Shown here piece by piece: positions 41,115 through 56,434 of a stretch of DNA of 64,000 nucleotides. The position numbers and the translations under genes are program-made. Position 1 is the stretch's first letter. Each line of letters starts with the position of its first letter. The notes below the pieces were generated by a model. The model did not search any database. It was not told where the DNA came from and saw only the letters and a list, made by a program, of their open reading frames with translations. The DNA lies in assembly GCA_951406725.2 (NCBI GenBank), contig OX597842.1, positions 32,736,001 to 32,800,000 of the forward strand, given 5' to 3'. The DNA comes from Octopus vulgaris. Taxonomy: Eukaryota.

Positions 41115-41712
41115 TATTTATTTATTGCCGACAGGGGGTTAAACATAGAGGGGACAGACAAGGACAGACAAAGGGATTAAGTCGATTATATCGACCCCAG
41201 TGCGTAACTGGTACTTAATTTATCGAACCCGAAAGGATGAAAGGCAAAGTCGACCTCGGCAGAATTTGAACTCAGAACGTGACGGCAGACGAAATACCTA
41301 TTTCTTTACTACCCACAAGGGGCTAAACACAGAAAGGACAAACAAGGACAGACAAACGGATTAAGTCGATTATATTGATCCCAGTGCGTAACTGATCCTT
41401 AATTTATCGACCCCGAAAGGATGAAAGACGAAGTCGACCTGGGTCGAATTTGAACTCAGAACGTAACGGCAGACGAAATGCCAGTTTCTTTACTACCAAC
41501 AAGGGGCTAAACACAGGGAGGACAATGAAGGACAGACAGACGGATTAGGTCGATTACATCGACACCAGTGCATAACTGGTACTTAATTTATCGAACCTCG
41601 AAAGAATGAAAGACGAAGTCGGGCTGGACGGAATTTGAACTCAGAACGTAACGGCAGACGAAATACGGCTACGCATTTCGCCCGGCGTGCTAACGATTCT
41701 GCCAGCTCACTG
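41115..41712 (-). mobile_element. SINE family B (Meta-type): one head plus three tandem 184-bp bodies
   Basis: GTCGATTA anchor at 41181, 41365, 41549; single A-box head at ~41670-41710. Confidence 0.9.
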
Positions 41713-41717
41713 CCCTT

Positions 41718-41943
41718 TATTCGAACAAATCTACCCCCAGAACTTATTCTTTGTAAGCCTAGTACATCTTCTATCGTTCTCGTTTGCCAAACCGCAAATT
41801 TACGGGGTACGTAAACACACCAACATCGGTTGTCAAGCGTTGGTGGGGGGAAAAACACAGACGCACAAATATGTACATATATATACATACTCACAAGGCT
41901 TCGCTCGGTCCGAGGCTATAGCAGAAAACACTTTTCCTAGGTG
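41718..41943 (-). mobile_element. SINE family A, partial
   Basis: ACTTATTCTTTGTAAGCCTAGTAC..CATCGGTTGTCAAGC..CTCACAAGGCTT. Confidence 0.8.
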
Positions 41944-42194
41944 TCATCATCATCATAATCATTGTTCGACCGTGGTTGAGACAATGGAATTTACCATGCT
42001 ACGCCAGACTTCACGGTCCATCATGGCATTACGAAGGTCCTGTTGCTGGATGCCTGTATCCCTGGAGATTACATCAGGATAGAAGTGTGTGCGCTCTCTG
42101 GTATTGAGAGTAGATGGCTTCCAGAGGAGAAGAGTAGAAATTGCCTCGTTTTCAGCTCTACAACAATGTCCAGCAAACTGGACTCTCCTACCTT
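41944..42194 (-). mobile_element. RTE/RTE-X-like LINE 3' end with (GAT)n tail
   Basis: RRVQFAGHCCR..LLLWKP..YPDVISRDTG..DLRNAMMDREVWRSMV, stop codon, then ATGATGATG tail. Confidence 0.85.
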
Positions 42195-42237
42195 TCACAT
42201 ACACACACACATATTCACACATACATACACACACACA

Positions 42238-42394
42238 TACGATGGGCTTCTTTCAGTTTCCGTCTACCAATTCCACTCTCAAGGCTTTGGTCAGCCCAAG
42301 GCTATAGTAGAAGACAATTACTCATGGTGCCACGCAGTGGAACTGAACCCCGGAACCATCTGGTTGGGAAGCAAGCTATTTACCTCACAGCCAC
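42238..42394 (-). mobile_element. SINE family A head
   Basis: GGGCTTCTTTCAGTTTCCGTCTACCAA..GGTGCCACGCAGTGG.ACTGAACCC. Confidence 0.85.
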
Positions 42395-42988
42395 AATATT
42401 AAAAAAAATTTTTAAATATATATACATTTCTAGTTTGGCATAAAATTACAGAATCTTAAAGAATTCAATAAGCGGATGCAAAAACAGCAATTATATTCCC
42501 AAAGAAATAAAGAATTCGCAGATTTATTTACAATATGTTATGACTGCGATATTTATATATATATGGAATGATTATACGCACGGACATTATTACGAATGCG
42601 CGTTATGTAGCCGGTATTGTATATTAATTCGTCAATATATGTGAATATTTAAATGGACGCAGATATCAATCGCGGTTGTATATAGATGTATGAATATATT
42701 TGTAAGTTTTTTTTTTTCTCTGCAGATATATGTGAAATTTATTTAATCGTATGTAAATATTGCAGTGAATAAAAATTTGTGGTACAGGGAAACAAGGCAT
42801 ATTGTTGCGTATATAGTTTTATATACACACGCATAAACACACACACACACATACACACACACACACACATACGCTCACAGAAACAGATATATATATATAT
42901 ATGAACATGATAAATATGGATATGATATATATATAGTTCTCTTTGTGGTCTTTAATTGTAATAAAGGCCTATAATCAATCTATATGTA

Positions 42989-43097
<109 letters not shown>

Positions 43098-43760
43098 TTA
43101 TATATATACATGCATGCATACATTCATACATACATATATATATATGTATGTATGTATGTATATATATTGATATATGGGTATGTATTTTCTGAGTGTGTGT
43201 GTGCGGGTATTGTTAATTTTATCGAATGAACTTTAGATTATATACATGCTAAAATATAATTGTTTCAAAGATAAGCAAACGGATAGTCGCAAAACTGCGC
43301 ATACATACATACATACATACATACATACATACATACATACAAATTTATATGTATGTGTATATATATATATACGTGCATACAAACACACACATATTATAAA
43401 TTAATGATACGGAAGGCAGTAACTAAGTATGGATGCAAGTATGCATCGTTTAATGTATGTTGGTATGAAATTACCAGTGTATGTATGTACATGTCTGTCT
43501 GTCTGTCTATATGTCTGCCTGCCTCTCTGCCTGTCTGTCTGTCTGTCTGTCTGTCTATTTATTTATCTATCAGTCAATCTATCTTTGTCTCTCACTCTTT
43601 GTCCCTCTCTGTCTCTCTCACTTTCTTTCCCTCTCTATACACACTCACACACACACAAATATATAAATCACATATATTTCATCATCATCATCATCATCAT
43701 CGTCATTGCAAGTAGAAACACACACGTATACATATATTACGAGGGAACGATAGAAATGGA

Positions 43761-43805
<45 letters not shown>

Positions 43806-43958
43806 GTGTGTGTATTTGCATATGGATATTGTTATAAATGTGTACATATTACGCATGTACATAATATCTCTCTATTTATCTCCCAGTCTCTCTCTTTTTC
43901 TCTCTCTCTCTCTGTATATATATGTATATATATATATATATATATACTAGTTCTCTGA

Positions 43959-43998
<40 letters not shown>

Positions 43999-44189
43999 CG
44001 TGTGTGGGTGCGTGTATGTATGTATATATATATATATATATATATATGTATTTATATCTATATGGATATACATATATACACATACACACACACATATACA
44101 CATCCATATATACACACATCCATATATGGCCTTCCACTCGTAGCATTTTACGGATGATTATACAGATATATGTCGCAGTTAATTTGATA

Positions 44190-44400
44190 GGCAAAATAAT
44201 GAACTTCCGGTGACCAGCTGTGGCTATCCAAAGGGGCAGTTCGTTTCCGGTTCCGCCCCGCTGGTTAAGGGGAACCTCTCTGCGGTATATCGCCATTGTC
44301 TATCGGCACCTTAGCTTTTGTTTAATAGGGGCCCACTTCACAGCTCGCCCTGTCGGGTGTTCTTTGACTCCGGGACCTCTTATTAGTGGTTCTTTGCCGT
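44190..44400. promoter_or_regulatory. GC-rich island with ETS and GC-box motifs
   Basis: ACTTCCGG 44203-44210; TTTCCGGTTCCGCCCC 44244-44259; CGCCATT ~44291. Confidence 0.35.
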
Positions 44401-44876
44401 GTTGGCAAGAGAGGAGAGGAGGAGAAGGAGAGAAGGAGAAGGAGAGAAGAAGGAGAGAAGAAGGAGAGAAGGAGAGCGAAAGGAGAAACGGGAGGAGAAT
44501 GGGAATTTTATGTGTGTAATTATAATGATATGCATAAGAGTTACAAAATGGATGTTGAAACAAATAGAAGCCGTTAGACAAGAAATGAATATATATTGCT
44601 CTGTCTGTCTATCTGTCTGTCTCTCTCCTATTTTCTCACTCTCGAACTTTCTGACTATTTGTCTATCTGTCTGTCTTTCTTCCCCCTCTCACTCTTACAC
44701 TCCCCCTCTCTCTCTATATATATGTATATATATACATATATATACATATATATACATATATGTACGTATATATACATATATATATATATGTTTGTATGTG
44801 TGTATGTATGTACATACCTATTACATTACGTCATCAGACGCGATTTTGCATAACCTCTGCCTCTGTGTATATAAAC

Positions 44877-44940
<64 letters not shown>

Positions 44941-45059
44941 AGAGAGAGAGAGAGAAAGAGAGAGAGAGAAAGAAAGAATAAAATAGACAAATATATAACG
45001 TGTGTGTATGTGTGTGTGTGTGTGTGTGTTTTTCCCCCGTTCAAGAATTTCTTGGTGCG

Positions 45060-45900
45060 CCCTCTCTTATCTTCTGCTGTTTTTCATTTTGGAAAATTCT
45101 ATCGTCTGCTTTATACGTTTTGAGTTTTGTATTTTTCCTATCTTCTGTCATTAGTCTCTGGTGTTCTGTCATCAATCATTTGCCTTCGCTCTTCAGAATT
45201 TCTGTATTTTGTTTCGGCTTCAGTCAATCATGATCTGCTTCTTGCTTTCTGTCATTAATCTTCAACCTTCTTCTTCGAGTCTTTCATCTTTTTAAAATCC
45301 AATCATCAGTCATTTACCTTCATCTTCAATCTTCTATCTCCAATCTTCAGTGTTCTACTTTCAGTCTTTTATCTGTTATGATCAATCATCAATCTTTTGT
45401 ATTCTGTATTCTGTTTTCAATCTTCAATTTTTAATCTTCTATCTTCAATCTTCATTTTTTAACTAATATAATCTATATTCTGCGTTCTGTATTCAATCTT
45501 CTGTCTCCTGTCTTTCACGATTCATCTTTAATCTTTTGTCTCCATTGTTGTATACTATTTGTTCAATCTCCAATCATCTGTCTTCTGTCTTTTGTATTGG
45601 ATTTTCAGTCTTGAAATATTTATCTTCAATCTTCTATAATCTGAATTCTATCTTCAAATCATTCGCTTTCTATCATCTCTCTTCAATCATCAATCATATC
45701 TCTTCAATCTTCTCTATTCTGTCTTCCGTTTTCAATTATCACTCTTCTGTCTATTTTTTATCAATCTTTTATCATTCGTCTTATATATCACGTACTACAT
45801 TTCCAGTCATCAGTCACATCTCTTCAATCTTTAATCGTCAGTCTTTATATTCTGTCTTTCGTCTTCAATCACCTGTCTTTTGCATTCTATCTTCCATCCC
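45060..45900. repeat. Degenerate heptamer array (consensus ~CTTCAAT/CTTCTAT)
   Basis: 7-nt periodicity, e.g. CTTCAAT CTTCTAT CTCCAAT CTTCAGT GTTCTAC TTTCAGT. Confidence 0.75.
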
Positions 45901-46019
45901 GTCAATTCCATCGCGTCTCCATCGACCCATCCCCCCCAAAACCAGCAGCAAATATACACCCCACAGGCCACACCTTCCCCTCGCACCCTGTAACCACTAC
46001 TAAAAATATCGACCCCTAA

Positions 46020-46210
46020 AAAAAAGGGGGCGAAACGCATCAATAATTAAACGGCTGACGGTTATGTGATCGACTTCTTGAATAGGCACGGTACAAACGG
46101 AAGTGGGGTTAATCACGTGATCTAAACAATTAAGGCGATTGCGTGAGTAACTGGAGTAAGTAACGACAAGGGTGGATTGAAAGGAGATACCCCGATACCC
46201 GGCTTACGAC
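46020..46210. promoter_or_regulatory. Island with ETS and TCACGTGA motifs
   Basis: CGGAAGTG 46098-46105; TCACGTGA 46113-46120. Confidence 0.35.
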
Positions 46211-46305
46211 ACAAATCACTGCCTCTCTTTATGTATATGTGTATATATATATATATAAAAACGTATACTCGTACACTTATATATGTACATATATACATAC
46301 ATACT

Positions 46306-46339
<34 letters not shown>

Positions 46340-46450
46340 CATAAAGACACACATACATGTATATGCATATAAGTATGCATTTATATATAAAATGGATATA
46401 TATATATGTGTATGTGTGTGAATATATATATAAATGAATGTGTACACTAT

Positions 46451-46492
<42 letters not shown>

Positions 46493-46753
46493 AATACACG
46501 CACACATATGTACTATATGCACATACACACACACACCCGCACAAGCACGCACAAGCATATATATATATATGTATATATATATATGCAGACACATAGATGT
46601 ATGTATGTGTGTATGTATGTGTGTGTATATGTATATAAGTATGTATGTATGTATGTATATATGTAGGTATGTATGTGTGTGTGTATGTATGTATGTATGT
46701 ATATATCTATCTACCTATCTCTCTCATGGTATATCTGTCAATATGTGTATATA

Positions 46754-46797
<44 letters not shown>

Positions 46798-46996
46798 TAT
46801 GTGTGTGTGTGTATTTATATGTGTATAGATTAGTACAGGTTTACATATATATCAACGTACGAGTACAAGTGAGCGTGTACATATATACCTGTCAAAGTGA
46901 TATACGGGTGCTGCTTCCTCCCTAGATAAGGGTGGCTCAGTGAAACCCGCAATTAATAACATGTAAACTACTACCTGTTAAACGGGGAATTTGCAG

Positions 46997-47059
<63 letters not shown>

Positions 47060-47130
47060 ATATATATGTGTGTGTGTGCATATGTATGAATGTATGTATG
47101 TATATAAATATATATATATATTTATATATA

Positions 47131-47537
47131 GGCACAGGCGTGGTTGTGTGTTAAGTAGCTTGCTTACCAACCACATGGTTTCGGGTTCAGTGCCACTGCG
47201 TGGCACCTTGAGCAAGTCTCCTCTGTTATAGCTTCGGGCCGATCAAAGCCTTGTGAGTGGATTTAGTAGATGTAAACTGAAAGAAGCCCGTCGTATATGT
47301 ATATATGTACGTATATGTGTATATATGTGTGTGTTTGTGTGTCTGTGATTGTCCCCAAAACATCGCTTGACAACCGATGCTGGTGTGTTTACGTCCCCGT
47401 TACTTAGCGGTTCGGAAAAAAGAGAACAATAGAATAAGTACTAGGCTTACCAAGAATAAGTCCTGGGGTCGATTTGCTCGGTTAAAGGCGGTGCTCCAGC
47501 AAGGCCACAGTCAAATGACTGAAATAAATAAAAGAAA
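47131..47537 (+). mobile_element. SINE family A, full-length
   Basis: Head, core, internal (TG)n and tail all present. Confidence 0.9.
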
Positions 47538-47633
47538 ACAAGAAGGGAAGGAAGGCAATCAAGAATCAAAATGGTTGCCGAATGATTTGGTAGTTTTGTA
47601 TTTTATATGTGTGTATATATATCTACATAAATA

Positions 47634-47679
<46 letters not shown>

Positions 47680-47692
47680 GTGTGTGTATATA

Positions 47693-47737
<45 letters not shown>

Positions 47738-47761
47738 ATATCTATCTATCTGTATATATTA

Positions 47762-47794
<33 letters not shown>

Positions 47795-47811
47795 CATACA
47801 CACACACACAC

Positions 47812-47887
<76 letters not shown>

Positions 47888-48124
47888 AACTTAGATAAAC
47901 TTAGATATGTTTCTACCAAAGATTAGTCCAGGCCATGTCTAACTCAATAGCTGATCACATGCTGCTCTGTCAAGTCGCACAACTATATATACATAAATAT
48001 ATATATATCGAAGAAATCGTTATATATATATATATATATATATATACACGCACACACACAGAGACACACAGACACACAGACACACACACACTTCTACACG
48101 CACACACTCTCATATGTTTCATTG

Positions 48125-48430
48125 TTTATATCACTACCGGAAGTGAAGTAGTCACGTCAGCCATAATAGCGTGACTATCGACAGCCACCATTTTTCCAGC
48201 TTAAACGTTTTTGTAATTCGAAACCTCATGTTTAAGTTTATGACTTATTTTCGGGTTGTTTTTCTATAATTGCTGTTTATTTCTTTATCTATTTTTACCT
48301 TGCAAAATACCTGTGCCGCATCACCTGATGGACTTTCACTGGAGCGTGTAAACACTTCCGTTCTGCTCGTCATCCTCTCACTATCGTCAACGCAATCACA
48401 CTAAGTCACGTGATGATGAACGTCTCGCTT
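48125..48430. promoter_or_regulatory. Island with two ETS sites, a CRE/E-box hybrid and TCACGTGA
   Basis: CCGGAAGTG 48137-48145, GTCACGTCA 48151-48159, CACTTCCG 48353-48360, TCACGTGA 48406-48413. Confidence 0.4.
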
Positions 48431-48499
48431 GAATGCTTATATCGACAAACGAATACATCTTTTCAGTATATGTGTGTGTGTATATATATATATACATAC

Positions 48500-48554
<55 letters not shown>

Positions 48555-48580
48555 TACATACATACATACATACATATATA

Positions 48581-48800
48581 TACTCTTTTACTATTTTACT
48601 TGTTTCAGTCATTTGACTGCGGCCATGCTGGAGCACCGCCTTTAGTCGATCAAATCGACCCCGGGACTTATTCTTTGTAAGCCCAGTACTTATTCTATCG
48701 GTTTCTTTTGCCGAACCGCTAAGTGACGGGGACGTAAACACACCAGCATCGGTTGTCAAGCAATGCTAGGGGGACAAACACAGACACACAAACACACACA
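48581..48800 (-). mobile_element. SINE family A 3' half
   Basis: Near-identical to the tail half of the 20690-21124 copy. Confidence 0.9.
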
Positions 48801-48827
48801 CACACACATTAGCCATTACACACACAC

Positions 48828-49003
48828 ACGTTAGCCATTACACACACATTTTTCTCTCCTTTTGTTTTCTATTTCCCTTTCTGTAGAAGAGTCTAGACTC
48901 GAAACGTAAAAGACTTTTTCTATTCCTGAGCGTTATACTAATACATCTGGGTTTTTTTTGTACTCCACCTGTCTTCTTCTTTGATTTTTTTCGTAAACAC
49001 TTC
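48828..49003 (+). mobile_element. Penelope-like family D element, hammerhead at 48877-48912
   Basis: CTTT-CTGTAGA-A-GAGT-CTAG-ACTC-GAAA-CGTA-AAAG. Confidence 0.75.
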
Positions 49004-49212
49004 ATATATATATATACATATAAGTAAACTTGCAAGGTGCCGCAGGAGTGAATACGTGTTGGAGAGAGGCTTTGAAACGGCAGAAGGCTTTTAAAGAATT
49101 TTATTGACTTGACCGGTTTCACTTTTTTTTAAAAAAGATTATCAAAAGTAAAGTGTAAAGTTTTGTGTGACCTTCGTTTTGTTAAAATGGTTATCATATA
49201 TAAATAATATAT

Positions 49213-49400
49213 AAAGGGAGAGTTTACGTCAAAAACAAAAGACGAACGCAGGTGGTGTACAAAACAAACAGATGTCTTAGTATAACGCTCAGAAAGAGAA
49301 AAAGACTTTTACGTTTCGAGCCTACGCTCTTCTACAGAAAGGGACACAGAAAAAACAAGGAGAGAAAAGTGTGTGTAGTGGCTAACGATCTATCATGGCG
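49213..49400 (-). mobile_element. Penelope-like family D element, hammerhead at 49306-49341
   Basis: Minus strand CTTT-CTGTAGA-A-GAGC-GTAG-GCTC-GAAA-CGTA-AAAG. Confidence 0.75.
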
Positions 49401-49587
49401 ACATATATATATATATATATTTATATATGTATATGCATATATATATATATATATATATATATGTCTGACAAGATTTGAATGAATGAGGATACTTGAACGG
49501 TAAATCTTCAGGTCGAGTCGAAAAGATATGTGTGTGTGAGTGTATGTGTGTGTGTGGGGTGTGTGTGCGCATGTGCGTATACACGAA

Positions 49588-49728
49588 CACGTAGAGGTGC
49601 TGAAAAGTTCCTGGTATTGGGTAAAAGAAAATACAGGAGAATCAGTTAATTACGATTTTATTCAACATATTCCCCTCTCAGATTCACAGACTTTATTGCA
49701 GTGGTTCTTCAGTTTTTTCTATGCCCTG

Positions 49729-49729
<1 letters not shown>
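49588..49729. mobile_element. Mariner-like transposon end fragment
   Basis: CACGTAGAGGTGCTGAAAAGTTCCTGG resembles the mariner TIR TACGAGGG.TGCTGAAAAGTT; TTTTATTCAACATATTCCCC subterminal sequence. Confidence 0.55.
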
Positions 49730-49767
<38 letters not shown>

Positions 49768-50104
49768 TACAAAATTAGAGAATGGATATATATTTACATA
49801 TACAAGTAACTACATATGTATATATAATTATCTTTATATATATGTATGTAATTTGATGGACACGTCTTTGTAGCATGCTAATTATTAAATTATTATAATT
49901 TACACTTGAAATATGCACGCACCCGCACACACATATATTTGTGAGTGTGCGCACGTCCCTGCGTGTTTATGTGTATACATGCTATCTTATTGTGCATACA
50001 TTCTTATTAAAGATAAAATATAATCGATATATGTATATAGTTAAATATGTATATATACATATATATATATAAGTGTACTTAGAGAGAGGAAGAGAGAGGG
50101 AACA

Positions 50105-50151
<47 letters not shown>

Positions 50152-50260
50152 GAGAGAAATATTATACATACATTCTTAATTGCCTGTAGCGTGTTTGGGT
50201 GTAGATATAGCTTAATGTACAGTGGCATTGTTAGGAAAAAAGACATTTACATCGAAATAT

Positions 50261-50371
<111 letters not shown>

Positions 50372-50737
50372 TGTGTGTATGACTGTGTTTATGTGTGCTT
50401 GTGTATAAATATGGGTGTATATAATTAGAATTGATTGTATCATTAATATATGCAAATATGAAAAGCTGTAGATTTGTATAGAAAACCTTACATAATGGTT
50501 ATTGATATCTGTGATAAATGCATGTATGTTTCCAAACGTGACCCCTCCCCACTAACTCATACAGATGTATCTATATGTTTTTTACATAGAACTATCTATC
50601 CATCGATCTATCGATCGATTTTGTTCTACAAAAGTGTATAAATCGATTCTATTAACCACAGTACGAAACTGGTACTTATTTTATCGATTCGAAAGATTGA
50701 AACCTGAAGTCGATCTCGTTGGAATTTGAACTCAGAA

Positions 50738-52511
<1,774 letters not shown>

Positions 52512-52996
52512 AAATGACGTGTGAAAGAAAGAGAAGAACAATTCGTGGCTTAAAAGGATTCACAGCTTCGTGGAGAGACGGATTTAACAAATGGATGGAC
52601 ACACAGACACACACACACAGACAGACAGACAGACCGACATCAAACACCCACACACCCACACACACACATAGACAGACCGACAGACGCACAGACAGACAGA
52701 CAGACAGACAGATAGACAGAAAGACTGGCAGACAGGCGCATGCGTCTGCACACCATACAAGCACTCAAAACGCGTAGACACCTTCTGGTAAGCAGTGACA
52801 AAAACCTGGATTAAGAGAGAGAAGGACAAACGGACCGACAGCGTACACATATTCATAAATATATATATATATATACACACATATATATATATATATACAC
52901 ATAGCCTGCCAATCTTATGCTCCTTGCTTTCACGTTCCATAAAAGACTACACTTCTGCGACTGTCAGGTTCAATTTGCTTCATATTCACCAACGTG

Positions 52997-53081
<85 letters not shown>

Positions 53082-53091
53082 GTACAGACAT

Positions 53092-53135
<44 letters not shown>

Positions 53136-53172
53136 GTACACACATACAAATATATATATATATATATATGTA

Positions 53173-53233
<61 letters not shown>

Positions 53234-53602
53234 GTATATATGTATGTATATCTACATGTATTGTTGTGTGTATGGTTGTGAACACACTCGCTCCGACCGG
53301 ATTGCGGATTTGAACTTTCGGTCGATTTATTTCAGACGCGGTTCAATACTGCCTGTCTGATGTATTAGACCACGGGACCGTAAAAGATTTCCATGTACAT
53401 ATATACATATATATATAGGCACATATGTGTATGTATAGATTTGTAAGTGTATCTGCCTCGTTATCTCCTCTTTTGCATATGCACACCTACATACATACAT
53501 ATGCATCTGTGTCTATATATATACATTTATTTGTGGAAGTGTGTGTATGTGTGTGTGATGAAAACAGGAAAAGTAGAATGAAAATATGAACATATGAATA
53601 TA

Positions 53603-54168
53603 AGCGCAGGAGTGGCTGTGTGGTAAGTAGCTTGTTTACCACCCACATGATTCCGGGTTCAGTCCCACTGCGTGGCACCTTGGGCAAGTGTCTTCTACTA
53701 TAGCCTCGGGCCAACCAAAGCCTTGTGAGTGGAGTTGGTAGTCGGAAACTGAAAGAAGCCCGTCGTATATATGTATGTATATATAGGAGTGGATGTGTAG
53801 TAAGTAGCTTGTTTACCAACCACATGATTCCGGGTTCAGTCCCACTGCGTGGCACCTTGGTCTTCGGGCCGACCAAAGCCTTGTGAGGTGGATTTAGTAG
53901 ACGGAAACTGAAAGAAGCCTGTCGTATATATATATGTATAAATATGCGTGTGTGTGTTTGTGTGTCTGTGTTTGTCCCCCTAGCATTGCTTGACAACCGA
54001 TGCTGGTGTGTTTATGTCCCCGTGACTTAGCGGTTCGGCAAAAGATACCGATAGAATAAGTACTGGGCTTACAAAAGAATAAGTCCCGGGGTCGAGTTGC
54101 TCGATTAAAGGCGGTGCTCCAGCATGGCCGCAGTCAAATGACTGAAACAAGTAAAAGAGTAAAAGAGT
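53603..54168 (+). mobile_element. SINE family A with duplicated head
   Basis: Two successive heads (53603, ~53785) sharing CACATGATTCCGGG, then one tail. Confidence 0.9.
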
Positions 54169-54320
54169 ATACGTATATATATATAAGTTTATTAATATTT
54201 TAAAGAAGCAGAGTGACTCAAGAACCGAGGGTTCCGTTCGGTGGCACTTAACAAACATGCAAGTACATATATATGCATGTATATACGTGTGTATATATGT
54301 AGGGACAGAGAGAAGCATAA

Positions 54321-54363
<43 letters not shown>

Positions 54364-54377
54364 CATACATACACATG

Positions 54378-54531
54378 TGCTTCTTTCAATTTCTAGCCAC
54401 CAAATCCACTCACATTGGTCAACTCGAACACTCAGTAAAAGACAACTGCTCAAAGTGCCACGTAGTGGGACTGAACACGGCATCAGAAGGTTGGGGTGCG
54501 AATTTCTTACCACACAGGCACGTCCGCGCCT
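54378..54531 (-). mobile_element. SINE family A head, diverged
   Basis: CCAAATCCACTCAC..GTGCCACGTAGTGGGACTGAAC. Confidence 0.75.
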
Positions 54532-54623
54532 ATAGATACATATATGTATATATATATATGTACATATATACATACATACATACATATATATGTGTGTGTA
54601 TGTATGCCTGTATATACATATAC

Positions 54624-54725
<102 letters not shown>

Positions 54726-54835
54726 CAGGATTCGTTCAGTTTACGCCGAAAAATCATCACTGGGGTCTAAATGGATCAGGGCCACAGTAGAGGAAGACGC
54801 TACTCTAGGTTTCGGTACAGTTATGTATGTATGTA

Positions 54836-54891
<56 letters not shown>

Positions 54892-54990
54892 TACAAATAT
54901 AAGAGAGTGTCCACTATGTGGTCGCTCTTGCGCTATATATATATGTATGTATGCATCCATCTGTCTACACACGCACACACATACACAGAC

Positions 54991-55026
<36 letters not shown>

Positions 55027-55465
55027 GTCGACATTCACCGCGTCAGCCGCTGTTGAATTGCAAACAACAACACGCTACATCTCAGAAAATGTAAGAAATG
55101 CTGACATCACATGCAACTATTTATATGTGCATACATATATGAGCCTATACATTCATACATGTATATATGCGTCTGTGTATGCACCGGTGCGTGTGTGCGA
55201 GATTCTAGTATTGAGGAATGTCTGGAATAAATGAACTGTGAGTTCAAATCCAGTCAGAGCAGATGTATATAGAAAGAATATATATATACATGTATATACA
55301 TACATACATACATACATATTTATATATATATATAATCGCAAAATGCGAAAAGAATGCAAACTGACATGTATAAAATGTTGTGTTTTATGGAACATTAAAG
55401 AAGAGATTAACAGGCCGCATATAACTACATATATAAACACAAGACATAGGCATATGTGCACATAT

Positions 55466-55541
<76 letters not shown>

Positions 55542-55763
55542 TTGTATACTATGATTGTCTGTCCATCTATTTCATAATCCATTTCTTTGTGTATCTGTCT
55601 ACGCATGCGTTTGGTTCAATGAGTGTGTGTGGTTGTATATTGTACGCAGAAGTGTGCTTGTCTGTGCGACTCTGTCTGTTTGTCTCTTTCTCTGTGAGTC
55701 CATCCATTTGTTTAATCCGTCTCTCTACATAGCTGCGAATCCTTTTATGTATAAATTTTTTTC

Positions 55764-55840
<77 letters not shown>

Positions 55841-56124
55841 AAACACACAGACAGACACGGAAACACACACACATATATTTATGTATATATGTATATACAT
55901 GTATATACACAAATACAGGTATTTATCTACCAGTCTACCTATATATACATATATACACACACACATATATATATATGTACGTACATATACAGATACACAC
56001 ACACACACATATACGTACACATACACATACACGCACACATATATATGTACGTACATATACACAGACACACACACATATATATATGTACGTACATATACAC
56101 ATACACACACACATATATGTGTGT

Positions 56125-56278
56125 GCATACAGGAAAGGCTCTGTGGTAAGGAGCTTGCTTCCCAACCACATGGTTCCGGGTTCAGTCCTACTGCGTAGCA
56201 CCTTGGGCAAGCGACCTCTACTATAGCCTTGGGCCGACCAAAGCCTTGAGAGTGGATTTGGTAGACGGAAACTAAAAT
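56125..56278 (+). mobile_element. SINE family A head
   Basis: GCTTGCTTCCCAACCACATGGTTCCGGGTTCAGTCC..GGTAGACGGAAACT. Confidence 0.85.
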
Positions 56279-56280
56279 AA

Positions 56281-56432
56281 GCTGGGGTTGGTGGTGATCC
56301 CTGTTGCACTCTTTCTCCCCAATTTTCTCACACTCTTTCTTCTTGTTTCTTGGGTAACGCTGCGATGGACTGGCGTCCGCTGGAGCTGGGAGGAACACAT
56401 ACGCCACAGAAAGTGGGAAACCGGGCCCATGT
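56281..56432 (+). mobile_element. SINE fragment with V-domain-like segment
   Basis: GGTGGTGATCCCTG.TG.ACTCTTTC shared with the 59589 family, then CTGCGATGGACTGGCGTCC..GAAACCGG (V-SINE-like). Confidence 0.55.
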
Positions 56433-56434
56433 AG

